Shown piece by piece: positions 31,256 to 41,232 of a DNA stretch of 64,000 bases; the stretch's first letter is position 1, and every line of letters starts with the position of its first letter. The position numbers and the translations under genes are program-made. This stretch comes from Bacteroidales bacterium (GTDB lineage: Bacteria; Bacteroidota; Bacteroidia; Bacteroidales; Azobacteroidaceae). The notes under the pieces were generated by a model. It did not search any database. It was given only the letters and a program-made list of their open reading frames with translations, and was not told the DNA's origin. The stretch is from contig JAVBTA010000003.1 of NCBI GenBank assembly GCA_031556375.1, forward strand, positions 103,319 to 167,318. The letters run 5' to 3'.

Positions 31256-32683
31256 CTATTTTTTCGGACGTTTTTCAACTGGGATTGACGGTTGTTCCTG
31301 TTCTACCTTCACCTCTGGTTTTTCAACCGTTTCCGGTTTAACAGTTTCCACCTTGTTTTCTTTCAGATATTTAGGAAGTTCCATTCCTGCCATATTGAAT
31401 AAATCATTCAACGGAGGAACAGATTTCATCAACCCTGAAACAAAGTTAGCCGTAGATGTTTTACCATCCTGTCCATTATTTCCATCCCAAACAGTGACTT
31501 TGTCAATTTTGATATTTTTAACTGCATCAACCTGAGTCTTAACCAATTCCGGAAGTTTTTCGATCAATAACAATTGATATGCGGAAACAGGATCTCCTCC
31601 GGCAGCACGTACCATCTTATCGTAACCGTCAGCCTGTTTGGTAAGAATTTCGAACAAACCCCGAGCTTCAGCATCCATCTTAACAAAGATTGCATCAGCT
31701 TCCCCTTTCGCATTTTCACGTACTTTTTCAGCTTCAGCCTGGGCTTCGATGATACGACGTTGTTTCTCAATCTCAGTCGGTACTATAATATTTGCCTGTT
31801 GAGTCGAACGTTCACGTTCCGCACGGGCTTCTTCAGCTTTTTGTTCAGCAGCATATGCATCCTGTAAAGCCTTAGCCTCTTGTACTTTTTCTGCTGAAAT
31901 AGCTATACGCATAGCTTCGGCTTCTTTCTCACGACGATTAGCTTCCGAATTTGCTATATTAATTTTAGATTCGTTTTCTCCTTTTACTGCTATAGCATTG
32001 GCTTCCGCAGTTTTAATACGGGTATCCCTGACAGCTTCCGCTTTACCGATTTCCCCTATTTTTTCCTGCAAAGCCACACTTACTTTAGCTTCATTGATAG
32101 CTTTCGCAGCAGCTTCACGACCTAAAGCCTCAATATAACCCGATTCATCCTTGATATCCGTAACGTTTACGTTAATCAGTTTCAATCCTATTTTTTTCAA
32201 TTCGGCTTCCACGTTAGTAGAAATACTTTCGAGAAATTTATCGCGATCGGAGTTAATTTCTTCAATAGTCATAGTTGCGATAACCAGACGAAGTTGTCCG
32301 AACAAGATATCACTGGCTAATTCCTGAATTTGTTCCGAAGAAAGTCCCAGAAGACGTTCGGCAGCATTATTCATACTTTCCGGTTCGGTAGAAATACCTA
32401 CAGTAAAACGACAAGGTACGTCGACACGGATATTTTGTCCACTCAGTGCATTTGTCAGGTTGGCTTCAATAGAAATAGGTTTCAGATTCAGATATGCAAA
32501 ATCCTGAACAACAGGCCATATAAACGCACCTCCGCCATGAATACATTTTGCGGAAGAACCACCTGTATTTCCATAAACAACTAAAATTTTGTCTGAAGGA
32601 CAGCGTTTATAACGGGCAATCAGAGACGTAATAAGGATAAAGCCGACAACAACGGCAATAATAATCAAATAAATTGGCTCCAT
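31256..32683 (-). CDS. Flotillin-like SPFH/band-7 domain protein
   Basis: N-terminal TM (MEPIYLIIIAVVVGFILITSLIA). SPFH domain followed by a long Ala/Glu-rich coiled coil, as in YqiK/flotillin. Confidence 0.8.
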   Translation of the reverse strand: MEPIYLIIIAVVVGFILITSLIARYKRCPSDKILVVYGNTGGSSAKCIHGGGAFIWPVVQDFAYLNLKPISIEANLTNALSGQNIRVDVPCRFTVGISTEPESMNNAAERLLGLSSEQIQELASDILFGQLRLVIATMTIEEINSDRDKFLESISTNVEAELKKIGLKLINVNVTDIKDESGYIEALGREAAAKAINEAKVSVALQEKIGEIGKAEAVRDTRIKTAEANAIAVKGENESKINIANSEANRREKEAEAMRIAISAEKVQEAKALQDAYAAEQKAEEARAERERSTQQANIIVPTEIEKQRRIIEAQAEAEKVRENAKGEADAIFVKMDAEARGLFEILTKQADGYDKMVRAAGGDPVSAYQLLLIEKLPELVKTQVDAVKNIKIDKVTVWDGNNGQDGKTSTANFVSGLMKSVPPLNDLFNMAGMELPKYLKENKVETVKPETVEKPEVKVEQEQPSIPVEKRPKK

Positions 32684-32772
32684 AACTGTTGATAATTGAA
32701 AATTGAGAACTAAGAATTGAAAATTATTAAGGATTAACTGTAGCATATTATTGTTGTGTTAATGTTTAATCA

Positions 32773-33351
32773 TTAAATGATTGAACTGGGAATGTTGGAT
32801 ACCATAACTGTTTGATTGTCAATGACACTATCCACATGAACTTTAGCGCCTGTTGGGATACGTTCACCTTCTGTCATGGCGTCGATTTCATGGTAAGCTC
32901 CACCAACACTCACCTGTATTTTTCCTCGTCCTTTTCTTTCTGCAGGAATCACCAGGTACACATCCGCAGTCTTTCCTATTGTATCTGCTATTTTGAAAGT
33001 CTTATCCGCAGCTAATTTTGTGATTTGAAGCATCAGAAAGAAAAATATTCCGACAAATAATAATCCGACAGCAACAGATACGATATTCAACACTAAAGTA
33101 GATGAAATCACGTTGTAAAAACAAACAGCGGCCCAACCATAACCAAGAAAGAAATTAATCAGGTTACGGAATGAAAATAATTGAAACGGACCTTCATGGT
33201 GCATATCTCCATCAAAATCGGCATTGAGACCGTCTGATGAATCCACTCCAAGAAAGGTCATAATTGTTTGGATAACAAAGATCAAACTGGCTATCAAAGT
33301 TATAGTCCAGTATACTTTAAGTGCAGGCTCGAGACTATTAAACCATTCCAT
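32773..33351 (-). CDS. NfeD-like membrane protein (flotillin partner)
   Basis: True start MEWFNSLEPALKVYWTITLIASLIFV (internal Met of the 269-aa ORF). Multi-TM N-terminus plus a C-terminal OB-like region. It lies immediately downstream of the flotillin gene on the same strand. Confidence 0.65.
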   Translation of the reverse strand: MEWFNSLEPALKVYWTITLIASLIFVIQTIMTFLGVDSSDGLNADFDGDMHHEGPFQLFSFRNLINFFLGYGWAAVCFYNVISSTLVLNIVSVAVGLLFVGIFFFLMLQITKLAADKTFKIADTIGKTADVYLVIPAERKGRGKIQVSVGGAYHEIDAMTEGERIPTGAKVHVDSVIDNQTVMVSNIPSSII

Positions 33352-33409
33352 AATTACATTTTTAAAAAATTGTTGTGTAAAGATAAGAAATTTTTCCCAC
33401 ATTTGCAAT

Positions 33410-34663
33410 ATGAAAACTCGAATATTCCCACTGTTGATTTTTATAGTTCTGATAATCGAATCATTATCAGCACAAGGTTTCAAAACCGAGACCTTCTCGG
33501 ATATGATTAAGACCCTTCGTGTTAATGTTGTCAACAATTGGGAAGCTCCCCCTGTGATAGAATTGGAAGGTGGTGAAGCCATTGAGATTAGTTTTGATGA
33601 GATTGCCGATCATTCCAAGCGATATGTTTATACCTTGACCCATTGCAATGCCGACTGGAAACCGTCACAATTGACCCAACATGAATATATGAGCGGATTT
33701 CAGAATATGATAGTAAATAACTATGCCAACTCATTCGGGACATACATGGATTATATCAATTATAAGTTGTATTTTCCAAATGAAGATCTGACAATGAAAG
33801 TTTCAGGAAATTATGTCGTACAGGTTTTCGAAGAAAATAATCCTAAAAAACCGGTTTTATCCGCCTGTTTTTCCGTAGTAGAACCACAGGTAAAGATTGA
33901 CATGCAGGTTTCATCCCGCACTGATATCGACATAAACAAATCGCATCAACAAGTCAGTTTTGATATGAATTATGACAACCGAGATATCTCTCCTATGCAG
34001 GACATCAAAGCTATTGTCTTACAAAACAATCGTTGGGATAATTCTTCCGGGATGGTCAAGCCAATAACACTTGGAAATAAGCAAATAAGATATGATCATA
34101 TTCCTAAACTGATTTTCGAAGGCGGAAACGAATATCGTAAATTTGAAGTTATTACTTTCAAATACAGCGGATTGGGAATTGAGTCGTTTTCCTATCATGC
34201 TCCTTATTATCATGCGGATATTCGTGCTGACAAACCACGTAACAACAGGTATTCGTACGACGAAGATGCTGATGGAAAATATGTCATCCGCAATAAAGAC
34301 GGTGTGGATTATGATATTGAAGCGGACTATTTCTTTGCTCACTTCTATCTTCCTGCAAAACAGCCGTATAGCGAAGATATTTACATTTTAAGTGAGATAT
34401 TTAATAATGTAGCTGATGAACACAGTAAAATGGAATACAGTGCACAGGATGAAGGTTATATCAAAACAATAATCCTTAAACAAGGATACTATAATTACAT
34501 GTATGTCACAAAGAAAAGAGATTCGGAAGCTTTGTCGACAGCATTACTGGAAGGTAATTATTATCAAACTGAAAATGAATATTGTACTTATATCTATTAT
34601 CGTCCTTCAGGAAGCCGGTATGATAAGCTGATCGGTTTTAAGAACCTGAAGTATAAGCCATAA
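33410..34663 (+). CDS. Secreted hypothetical protein (possibly the Bacteroidetes DUF5103-like family)
   Basis: Signal peptide MKTRIFPLLIFIVLIIESLSAQ. About 417 aa with no recognisable catalytic motif. The long upstream extension of the ORF is an artefact. Confidence 0.5.
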   Translation: MKTRIFPLLIFIVLIIESLSAQGFKTETFSDMIKTLRVNVVNNWEAPPVIELEGGEAIEISFDEIADHSKRYVYTLTHCNADWKPSQLTQHEYMSGFQNMIVNNYANSFGTYMDYINYKLYFPNEDLTMKVSGNYVVQVFEENNPKKPVLSACFSVVEPQVKIDMQVSSRTDIDINKSHQQVSFDMNYDNRDISPMQDIKAIVLQNNRWDNSSGMVKPITLGNKQIRYDHIPKLIFEGGNEYRKFEVITFKYSGLGIESFSYHAPYYHADIRADKPRNNRYSYDEDADGKYVIRNKDGVDYDIEADYFFAHFYLPAKQPYSEDIYILSEIFNNVADEHSKMEYSAQDEGYIKTIILKQGYYNYMYVTKKRDSEALSTALLEGNYYQTENEYCTYIYYRPSGSRYDKLIGFKNLKYKP

Positions 34664-34720
34664 CTTTATATCACGATAAAATACATGAACCTTATGGGTA
34701 AATTCTTTAAACGATAACGG

Positions 34721-35863
34721 TTACATATCCCTTTTTTTCTTTAAGAATCGGTTCATCAGGTATTTTCGTACCGGTATATCATAAAATTTCAAACAGATAT
34801 AAGCTAAAATAATGCTTCCGGCGACAACACCTACCGCACCGGGTAATGATTCCTGAAATGTGAGATTATTATTCTTTACCCAGGCATAATACAAATAAAT
34901 AAAAGGATAATGTACCATATACAAAGGATAGGAAATATCTCCTAAGAAATTACATATTCTTGTAGTATATTTATCGGTGCTTTTTCCTGAAGCTCCAAGA
35001 TAGACAAGAACAGGGAAAAACACAACACAACATACAGTATCATACATTCCGTTCATCCATAAATGTTCAGCTCCACCGATGCGAGGTATAGCCAGGAGGG
35101 CTACGACAGATAAACCGCATATCCAAAATGCGCCTTTTACTTTAACTGGTTTAAAAATACGGGAAAGGAGTAATCCGGCAGAAAAAGAAAATAATAATCT
35201 CAAGGATCCTCCGGTGAATTCTGTTCCAGTCAGTGAATATCCGACACAGATATCGCCTAACGGACCAAATATGGCAAATGCCGCCAAACCACATCCTGCA
35301 ACAAAAACTAATACAGCAAGAGCTTTGGTAGAAAATTTACGAATAAACAAGGCATAGAGAATATTACCGATATACTCAAAGAATAAAGACCAACTTGGTC
35401 CATTCAAAGGAAACATCTCTCCCACTCCCCGGATTTCTGTTCCGGTAGTAGCAGGGATCAACAACATATTAAGAATTGTAGCGACAAACAAAGCCATGAC
35501 TGTCACTTTCGAGACATCCCATACGGAACAACCTTGAGTATAAAATATGATTGCTCCTATGACAGCTCCCATCACAACCATCGGGTGCAGGCGTACAATC
35601 CTACGTTTGATAAAGTCTTTTGTTTTCATTGCTCCCCAACGATCGTCATAAGCGTAACCCACAACAAATCCTGACAGTATAAAGAAAAAATCGACGGCTA
35701 AATAACCATGATTGATACGCTGATCTAAATGACTGGTCGCAAATGCTTCAAATATATGGAAACATACAACTGTAATAGCTGCCACTCCACGTAATCCATC
35801 TAGAATATTGTAGTGAGGTTTAGTATCTGCAAAGGCAGCCATAGGGATTTGTGTTTTCTGCAT
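34721..35863 (-). CDS. Acyltransferase family 3 (OatA-like) integral membrane protein
   Basis: YNILDGLRGVAAITVVCFHIFEAF...VDFFFILSGFV is the acyltransferase_3 signature, with about 10 TM helices. Confidence 0.8.
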   Translation of the reverse strand: MQKTQIPMAAFADTKPHYNILDGLRGVAAITVVCFHIFEAFATSHLDQRINHGYLAVDFFFILSGFVVGYAYDDRWGAMKTKDFIKRRIVRLHPMVVMGAVIGAIIFYTQGCSVWDVSKVTVMALFVATILNMLLIPATTGTEIRGVGEMFPLNGPSWSLFFEYIGNILYALFIRKFSTKALAVLVFVAGCGLAAFAIFGPLGDICVGYSLTGTEFTGGSLRLLFSFSAGLLLSRIFKPVKVKGAFWICGLSVVALLAIPRIGGAEHLWMNGMYDTVCCVVFFPVLVYLGASGKSTDKYTTRICNFLGDISYPLYMVHYPFIYLYYAWVKNNNLTFQESLPGAVGVVAGSIILAYICLKFYDIPVRKYLMNRFLKKKRDM

Positions 35864-35880
35864 AAGATAAGATTAAAAAT

Positions 35881-36855
35881 TTAATTAGCCGTTACCCAAG
35901 AGCTATTATGAACTTTAATTTTTGACTTATCGTAAAATAAATCATTTTTATCGGGAATATCCAGAATATATTTTTTTCCGGGAGTAGAAATTTTTAATTT
36001 ACGGTCTCTCAACCAGGGATTGAATTCTTTCAATTGACTGTAGTTGAGTCCGTAATCCTGAGCAAAGACCGCCAGATCAGGAATATCCTGAGTTACTTCA
36101 ACTTCTTTTGTTTTAATCTGTTGGTATAAATTTTCAGGTTTCAGCACAAAGCCATATTTATTAGGATTAGCAAATATTTCTTTGATGGCCATAATGCGGA
36201 ATAGATAACGGGAAGTTTCTTCGACTAACAAGAGGTCGAAAGCTGAACTGACCTGTTGATCCCTTAATTCGTTTGAAATACGTCCCATTCCGCCATTATA
36301 TGATGCTGCGACATTATACCAGTCTCCATATCTGGAATAAGCTGATTTCAGATAACGACAAGCTGCGGTAGTCGCTTTTTCCAGATGATAACGTTCATCG
36401 ATCTGTTCTGTTATCTCCAAACCGTTTTCTTTACCGGCGGCTGTCATTATCTGCCAGATTCCCACCGCCTTTGCCGGAGATATCGCACGTATATCCAGAT
36501 TACTTTCGATTACAGCCAGGTATTTGAAGTCGTCCGGAATACCATTTGCTTTCAGAATCGGTTCAATTACAGGGAAATATTTGTTTGCTTTTTTGATATA
36601 CATCATTGTTGTAGAATGAAAATAGGCAAATGAATTGATCTCCCGGTCGTAACGTTCCCGCATATCGAATCTTTTCAGGTCGACCTTTTTACCGAATAAT
36701 TTAACCTGATCAGGAGGTGTAACTGAGACTGTAATCATATTTACAGCAGGTTTTTCAGGTATACTTTCTACGTCTTGATTGCTTAAAAGAAAAAGTGAAA
36801 GAAAGATCACCAACCCAAAAATCATCAACACCAATATATAATTCAGATATTTCAT
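35881..36855 (-). CDS. Lytic murein transglycosylase (SLT domain)
   Basis: Signal/TM N-terminus. SLT catalytic region ...ESNLDIRAISPAKAVGIWQIMTAAGKENGL...YNGGMGRI. Confidence 0.75.
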   Translation of the reverse strand: MKYLNYILVLMIFGLVIFLSLFLLSNQDVESIPEKPAVNMITVSVTPPDQVKLFGKKVDLKRFDMRERYDREINSFAYFHSTTMMYIKKANKYFPVIEPILKANGIPDDFKYLAVIESNLDIRAISPAKAVGIWQIMTAAGKENGLEITEQIDERYHLEKATTAACRYLKSAYSRYGDWYNVAASYNGGMGRISNELRDQQVSSAFDLLLVEETSRYLFRIMAIKEIFANPNKYGFVLKPENLYQQIKTKEVEVTQDIPDLAVFAQDYGLNYSQLKEFNPWLRDRKLKISTPGKKYILDIPDKNDLFYDKSKIKVHNSSWVTAN

Positions 36856-36917
36856 AATTCATTATTTATTTTACCGTCATTTCTCACTATGTTCGAAACG
36901 ACAGAGTTTACTTCAAA

Positions 36918-38210
36918 TCAGTATCCGGATCTCAGCACATTAACGGCGCCCCTCTTTACTTTATTCTTTCCTGCAGTCGTTCGATATTCCATTATATAAA
37001 AATAAGCGCCTGTAGGTACTAATTTTCCATTGACACGTCCATCCCAGCCCTTGGCAGGATCATTCCATTCAAATAATTTAATTCCCCAGCGATTGAAAAT
37101 AGTACATTTAAAACTAACTACTGAGGTATACGAGATTCGAAATTCATCGTTTACACCCGGAGAACTACCCGGAGAAAACGCTTTGGGAACCTTTATCTCT
37201 GTTTCGCCGATTGTAACAGTATATACAACACTGGTGTCGCTACACACTCCGTGACGATCAATAACTTCTAGCTGGACTGTATATACTCCTTCCTTTTCAA
37301 AGTTGTAAGAAATCGTTTTGTCCGTATATCTTGCTATTGATTGAGACTCTTTAGAACCATCTTGTACAAAAAATATTTTCCAGATATACATTGCCGCAAC
37401 CGGTTCGTTAGCATATGCATTATAAGTTATAAAAATAGGACCAGAGGTTTCGTTTCCAAACTCATTAGGTACCTTTTCTTTATCTTTCTTTTCCGGGACT
37501 TTATGAGCATTCACCATATAAGTCTGGTATACAGGGGTTGACATTGACTTTGCGACTCCAAAATATTCAGCATATTTATCACCTCTCAATATAAAGTCCG
37601 TATCCTGAAAAACTGAATCTACAGTAATTGCAGCAGGATTTTTGACATTAATATCTTTTTCTGCTGAATAATACATTACACTTGCGTCATCCCATCTCAT
37701 AGTTGTATATGACAATTCATATTCACGTGGTAGCTTGGAATACGTTCCTGTCGGAGTGTAATATGCCAAATCAGCGGCATCCACACTTGCATTGATTGTT
37801 ATTTTATTACATTTATCATTTCCCTCATTGATATTAATCGATTGAAATACAGGAAGATATTTGCTGTAATCGATAATCCAGATATAAGAAGTCGACGGAC
37901 TCAGGTTTGATCCGACAAAATATCCATAACCATCCTGAATATTTGTTACAGTAGAAGTATTTCCTATTTGTTCTGACTCGATAGGAACGGCTTCGTTAGC
38001 CTTTGTCGTATACCGGTACCACTGGTGTTTTTCCTGATCGGAAGAAGTATATGAAATCTGAGCTCCCTGCATGCCATCCAGAAGATAAACGTCCAATTTA
38101 CTTACAGGAGCTGCCTTGTATGGAGTGCCCGTACCTCCTCTGACCGAGTATTGGGAAAAGGCAGAAGTGAACGAAAAAAATAAAAAAGCTAAAAGTATAT
38201 ATTGTTTCAT
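36918..38210 (-). CDS. T9SS type-B (gliding-motility-associated C-terminal domain) secreted protein
   Basis: Signal peptide MKQYILLAFLFFSFTSAFSQ. C-terminus FSPGSSPGVNDEFRI...FNRWGIKLFEW...GWDGRVNGKLVPTGAYFYIMEY matches the type-B CTD pattern. Confidence 0.7.
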   Translation of the reverse strand: MKQYILLAFLFFSFTSAFSQYSVRGGTGTPYKAAPVSKLDVYLLDGMQGAQISYTSSDQEKHQWYRYTTKANEAVPIESEQIGNTSTVTNIQDGYGYFVGSNLSPSTSYIWIIDYSKYLPVFQSININEGNDKCNKITINASVDAADLAYYTPTGTYSKLPREYELSYTTMRWDDASVMYYSAEKDINVKNPAAITVDSVFQDTDFILRGDKYAEYFGVAKSMSTPVYQTYMVNAHKVPEKKDKEKVPNEFGNETSGPIFITYNAYANEPVAAMYIWKIFFVQDGSKESQSIARYTDKTISYNFEKEGVYTVQLEVIDRHGVCSDTSVVYTVTIGETEIKVPKAFSPGSSPGVNDEFRISYTSVVSFKCTIFNRWGIKLFEWNDPAKGWDGRVNGKLVPTGAYFYIMEYRTTAGKNKVKRGAVNVLRSGY

Positions 38211-38270
38211 GTCCCAAAATTAAGAATTATTTCTAATTTTGCATGCCCACAACAATACAACCCTAATTTG

Positions 38271-39575
38271 ATGCTTAGAGTACTGAGACATACCATAATT
38301 CTGATTGTACTTTTATTCGTACAATTGCATAACGTAAAATCTGAAGTTGCATTATATCCGGAAGCAACTATTTTTACTCAAGAAGGTGATTTTTTTCTTC
38401 ATATGATAGAAAAAGGTGAAACTCTTCACCTATTATCAAAAAAATACAATGTAAAAATTGATGATATTCTGGCTGTAAACCCCGGATTATCTGTAAAAAC
38501 TTTTTATTACGGAAAAAAAATACGTATTCCCGGAAAAAATGCAACAATATCAAACGAAGAAAAGACAGAAACAAAACAAAAAACCGAACCGGAAAAAACT
38601 GAAATTACTACCACACCGATTGTAGTGCCGGAAAAAATCGTAGTTTCTGAAAACAATAGTTTTCATAAAACACTGGAATTTAACATTATACGATTCGATA
38701 TCGATTTATATCAATATCTGAATAAACAAATTGCAGAAAAAGAATTCCTATATAATTACAATAAATTCCTGAAGACTTACGGTGAAAAAATTATAGGAAT
38801 AGGAAAATTCGATTCCGATGATTTCTTCAAACGATTCAATGATTTTTTTGCAGAACCTACCTTAACGTCTTTATACGAAGACGTGGAAGATAAATTCAGG
38901 AATACTGAATTTATCAGCGGAGAACTCAATCCGGCATTAGATACTCTGTTCAAAGAATTTCCGGCACTAATCAGACCATCCATATATACTCACGTATCCG
39001 GGTTAAACCAAAGTGTTGTCGTTACTGATGATGTATTGTCCGTATCGCTTGATAAATATATGGGATCGGATTATCCGTTGTATAAGAATTATTTTCACAA
39101 CTACCAATTGCAGAACATGTCTCCGGACCGGATTGTTCCGGATTATTTACTTGGATTTATGCTTTCAAACCTTCCTTTTCAGGGACGGGAGGATGTTTTA
39201 CTCGATAGAATGATTTACGAGGGAAAATTACGATATATACTGGCTCGTCTATTACCATACAGAAAAGTCCGGGAGTTCATGGGTTACAGCGAAGAACAAT
39301 ATAACTGGTGTACGACAAATCAGGTACAGATCTGGAAAAACATTCTTAGAAACGGCCATCTTTATACTCCGGATTATATGACTACTGCAAAATACATCAA
39401 TAATGCACCATATACGGTTACTGTTTCAACCGAATCACCGGGAGGAATTGGAATATGGGTTGGTTTCCAAATCGTTGATGCATATATGAAAAAACATCAG
39501 GAAACTACTCTTTCTCAATTAATGAACATGCAGGACTCACGCCAGCTATTAATCGATTCTAAATATAAACCTTGA
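38271..39575 (+). CDS. LysM-domain secreted protein with a large C-terminal domain of unknown function
   Basis: Signal peptide then one LysM domain (HMIEKGETLHLLSKKYNVKIDDILAVNPGL...KIRIP). Its N-terminal about 50 aa are paralogous to the next gene. Confidence 0.65.
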   Translation: MLRVLRHTIILIVLLFVQLHNVKSEVALYPEATIFTQEGDFFLHMIEKGETLHLLSKKYNVKIDDILAVNPGLSVKTFYYGKKIRIPGKNATISNEEKTETKQKTEPEKTEITTTPIVVPEKIVVSENNSFHKTLEFNIIRFDIDLYQYLNKQIAEKEFLYNYNKFLKTYGEKIIGIGKFDSDDFFKRFNDFFAEPTLTSLYEDVEDKFRNTEFISGELNPALDTLFKEFPALIRPSIYTHVSGLNQSVVVTDDVLSVSLDKYMGSDYPLYKNYFHNYQLQNMSPDRIVPDYLLGFMLSNLPFQGREDVLLDRMIYEGKLRYILARLLPYRKVREFMGYSEEQYNWCTTNQVQIWKNILRNGHLYTPDYMTTAKYINNAPYTVTVSTESPGGIGIWVGFQIVDAYMKKHQETTLSQLMNMQDSRQLLIDSKYKP

Positions 39576-39639
39576 TTTACTTTTGCAAATAAATCGATTA
39601 TTTTTAACTTTGCAAACTGCAATATCAAAATCCAAATTA

Positions 39640-41229
39640 ATGACCAGATTATCAAAACATGCTTTATTTGTCCTTGTACTTTTATTTGTACAATTGCATA
39701 ATATAAAATCCGAAGAAGCATTTTATTTAGAACCGACCATTTGTGCCCAGGAAGGTGATTTTTTCTTTCACACGATAGAAAGGGGTGAAACCGTATACTC
39801 CATTTCAGTAATGTACAATGTGACTGTAGATGACATTTACAGACTTAATCCGGGGAGTAAAGCCAGCATTAAAGCCGGAGGTACATTAAAAATTCCTCAA
39901 AAGTCGAGTTCTTTTTATTTTCATACTATTCAAGCAAAAGAAACTCTTTATTCCGTATCCAAGAAATATGGCATGAAAGGTGAAGATATTGTAGCGGCCA
40001 ATCCCGGATTATCGGTACAGACATTTACTATAGGAAAAACAATACGCATCCCGACCAACACTGTTACATCTCCAATAGAAGCCGGCAATGAAAATACACA
40101 AAAACGTGAAACAGAAGCCTTGTTAACTCAAAAAAGCAAGGGAGATGATATCCGGATGATTAAAGTCGCTTTGTTATTGCCTTTCGGATTAAAAGAGAAT
40201 CCCGGTAACAATAATGATCAGAAACGTTTTGCAGAATATTACGAGGGATTCCTGATGGCATTGGAACAAACAAAAAAAGCCGGTATTTCTGTCGATTTAC
40301 AGGTATATGATATAGGAAAAGATGTTACTGACCTTTCTAATATCCTAAAAAAGAGCACCATGCAGGATGTCAACTTGCTGATCGGAGGATTGAACGATAA
40401 GCAAATTAAGATGATTTCGGCTTTCTCCAAAGAAAAAAACATCCCGTATGTTATTCCCTTTACTTCGAAAAGCGATGAACCTCTGAATAATTCTCATGTT
40501 TTTCAGATCAATACACCTCAATCGTACTTGTATTCAAAAGCATCTACCGCATTTTGCAAGCAATTCAGGGGTAGTCATGTTATTTTCTTTTTATCCGATC
40601 CTAATAACGAAAAAATGGAGTTTGTAAAAACTCTTCAGTCTGATCTTACTCAGGAAAAGGAGTCTTTTTCTTCTCTCTCCTACTCCGATAAGTTTTATCA
40701 GGAACTCTATGCTCAAATGAAACCGGATAAACTGAATGTTATCATTCCTTCCGACGATTCGCCTGAAACTCTGACCAAAATGTCAGCTCCGCTGAAAGTT
40801 CTGTCAGAAACGCATCCTGAACTGAGGATTACGGTATTTGGGTACCCCGGATGGCAGACATACAGTGGCGAGTACATGGATTATTACTTCAAATTAAGAG
40901 CCAATTTTTATAGTGTATTTTTTATTGACCCTACTTCTTCGGAAGTGAAAAATTTCTATTTTAATTTTAATAAATGGTTTTCCAGGGACCTGATCGTTAC
41001 TTTCCCCAAGTTCGGCATTCTAGGTTATGACACAGGAATGTTTTTTATCAAGGGATTACATGAATATGGAACTGCCTTTGAGTCGAATATTAACAAAGTC
41101 AAAAACAAGGGTATACAGACTGATTTCAAATTTGAACGTGTAAATAATTGGGGAGGATTTATCAATACCAATATTTATATTGTTTCTTTCAATCCTGATT
41201 TTTCAATCTCTAAAAATGCTTCAAAGTAA
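39640..41229 (+). CDS. Secreted protein with two LysM domains fused to a type-1 periplasmic-binding-protein (PBP1/LivK-like) ligand-binding domain
   Basis: Two LysM repeats (HTIERGETVYSISVMYNVTVDDIYRLNPG; HTIQAKETLYSVSKKYGMKGEDIVAANPG). The PBP1-like region reads IKVALLLPFGL...YEGFLMALEQTKKAGISVDLQVYDIGKD...NLLIGGL. Confidence 0.65.
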   Translation: MTRLSKHALFVLVLLFVQLHNIKSEEAFYLEPTICAQEGDFFFHTIERGETVYSISVMYNVTVDDIYRLNPGSKASIKAGGTLKIPQKSSSFYFHTIQAKETLYSVSKKYGMKGEDIVAANPGLSVQTFTIGKTIRIPTNTVTSPIEAGNENTQKRETEALLTQKSKGDDIRMIKVALLLPFGLKENPGNNNDQKRFAEYYEGFLMALEQTKKAGISVDLQVYDIGKDVTDLSNILKKSTMQDVNLLIGGLNDKQIKMISAFSKEKNIPYVIPFTSKSDEPLNNSHVFQINTPQSYLYSKASTAFCKQFRGSHVIFFLSDPNNEKMEFVKTLQSDLTQEKESFSSLSYSDKFYQELYAQMKPDKLNVIIPSDDSPETLTKMSAPLKVLSETHPELRITVFGYPGWQTYSGEYMDYYFKLRANFYSVFFIDPTSSEVKNFYFNFNKWFSRDLIVTFPKFGILGYDTGMFFIKGLHEYGTAFESNINKVKNKGIQTDFKFERVNNWGGFINTNIYIVSFNPDFSISKNASK

Positions 41230-41232
41230 CTG

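Noticed and set aside
33224-33409. Long N-terminal extension (MRPSDESTPRKV...) of the 479-aa ORF
   Set aside because: A clean signal peptide starts at MKTRIFPLLIFIV (33410). The extension is antisense to the NfeD gene and is not expected to be translated.
32773-33582. The 269-aa ORF whose N-terminus (MASPPSNS...) overlaps the divergent 33410..34663 gene
   Set aside because: The NfeD-like protein clearly begins at the internal Met (MEWFNSLEPALKVYW..., start 33351). The upstream 77 codons are an open-frame artefact running into the divergent promoter region.
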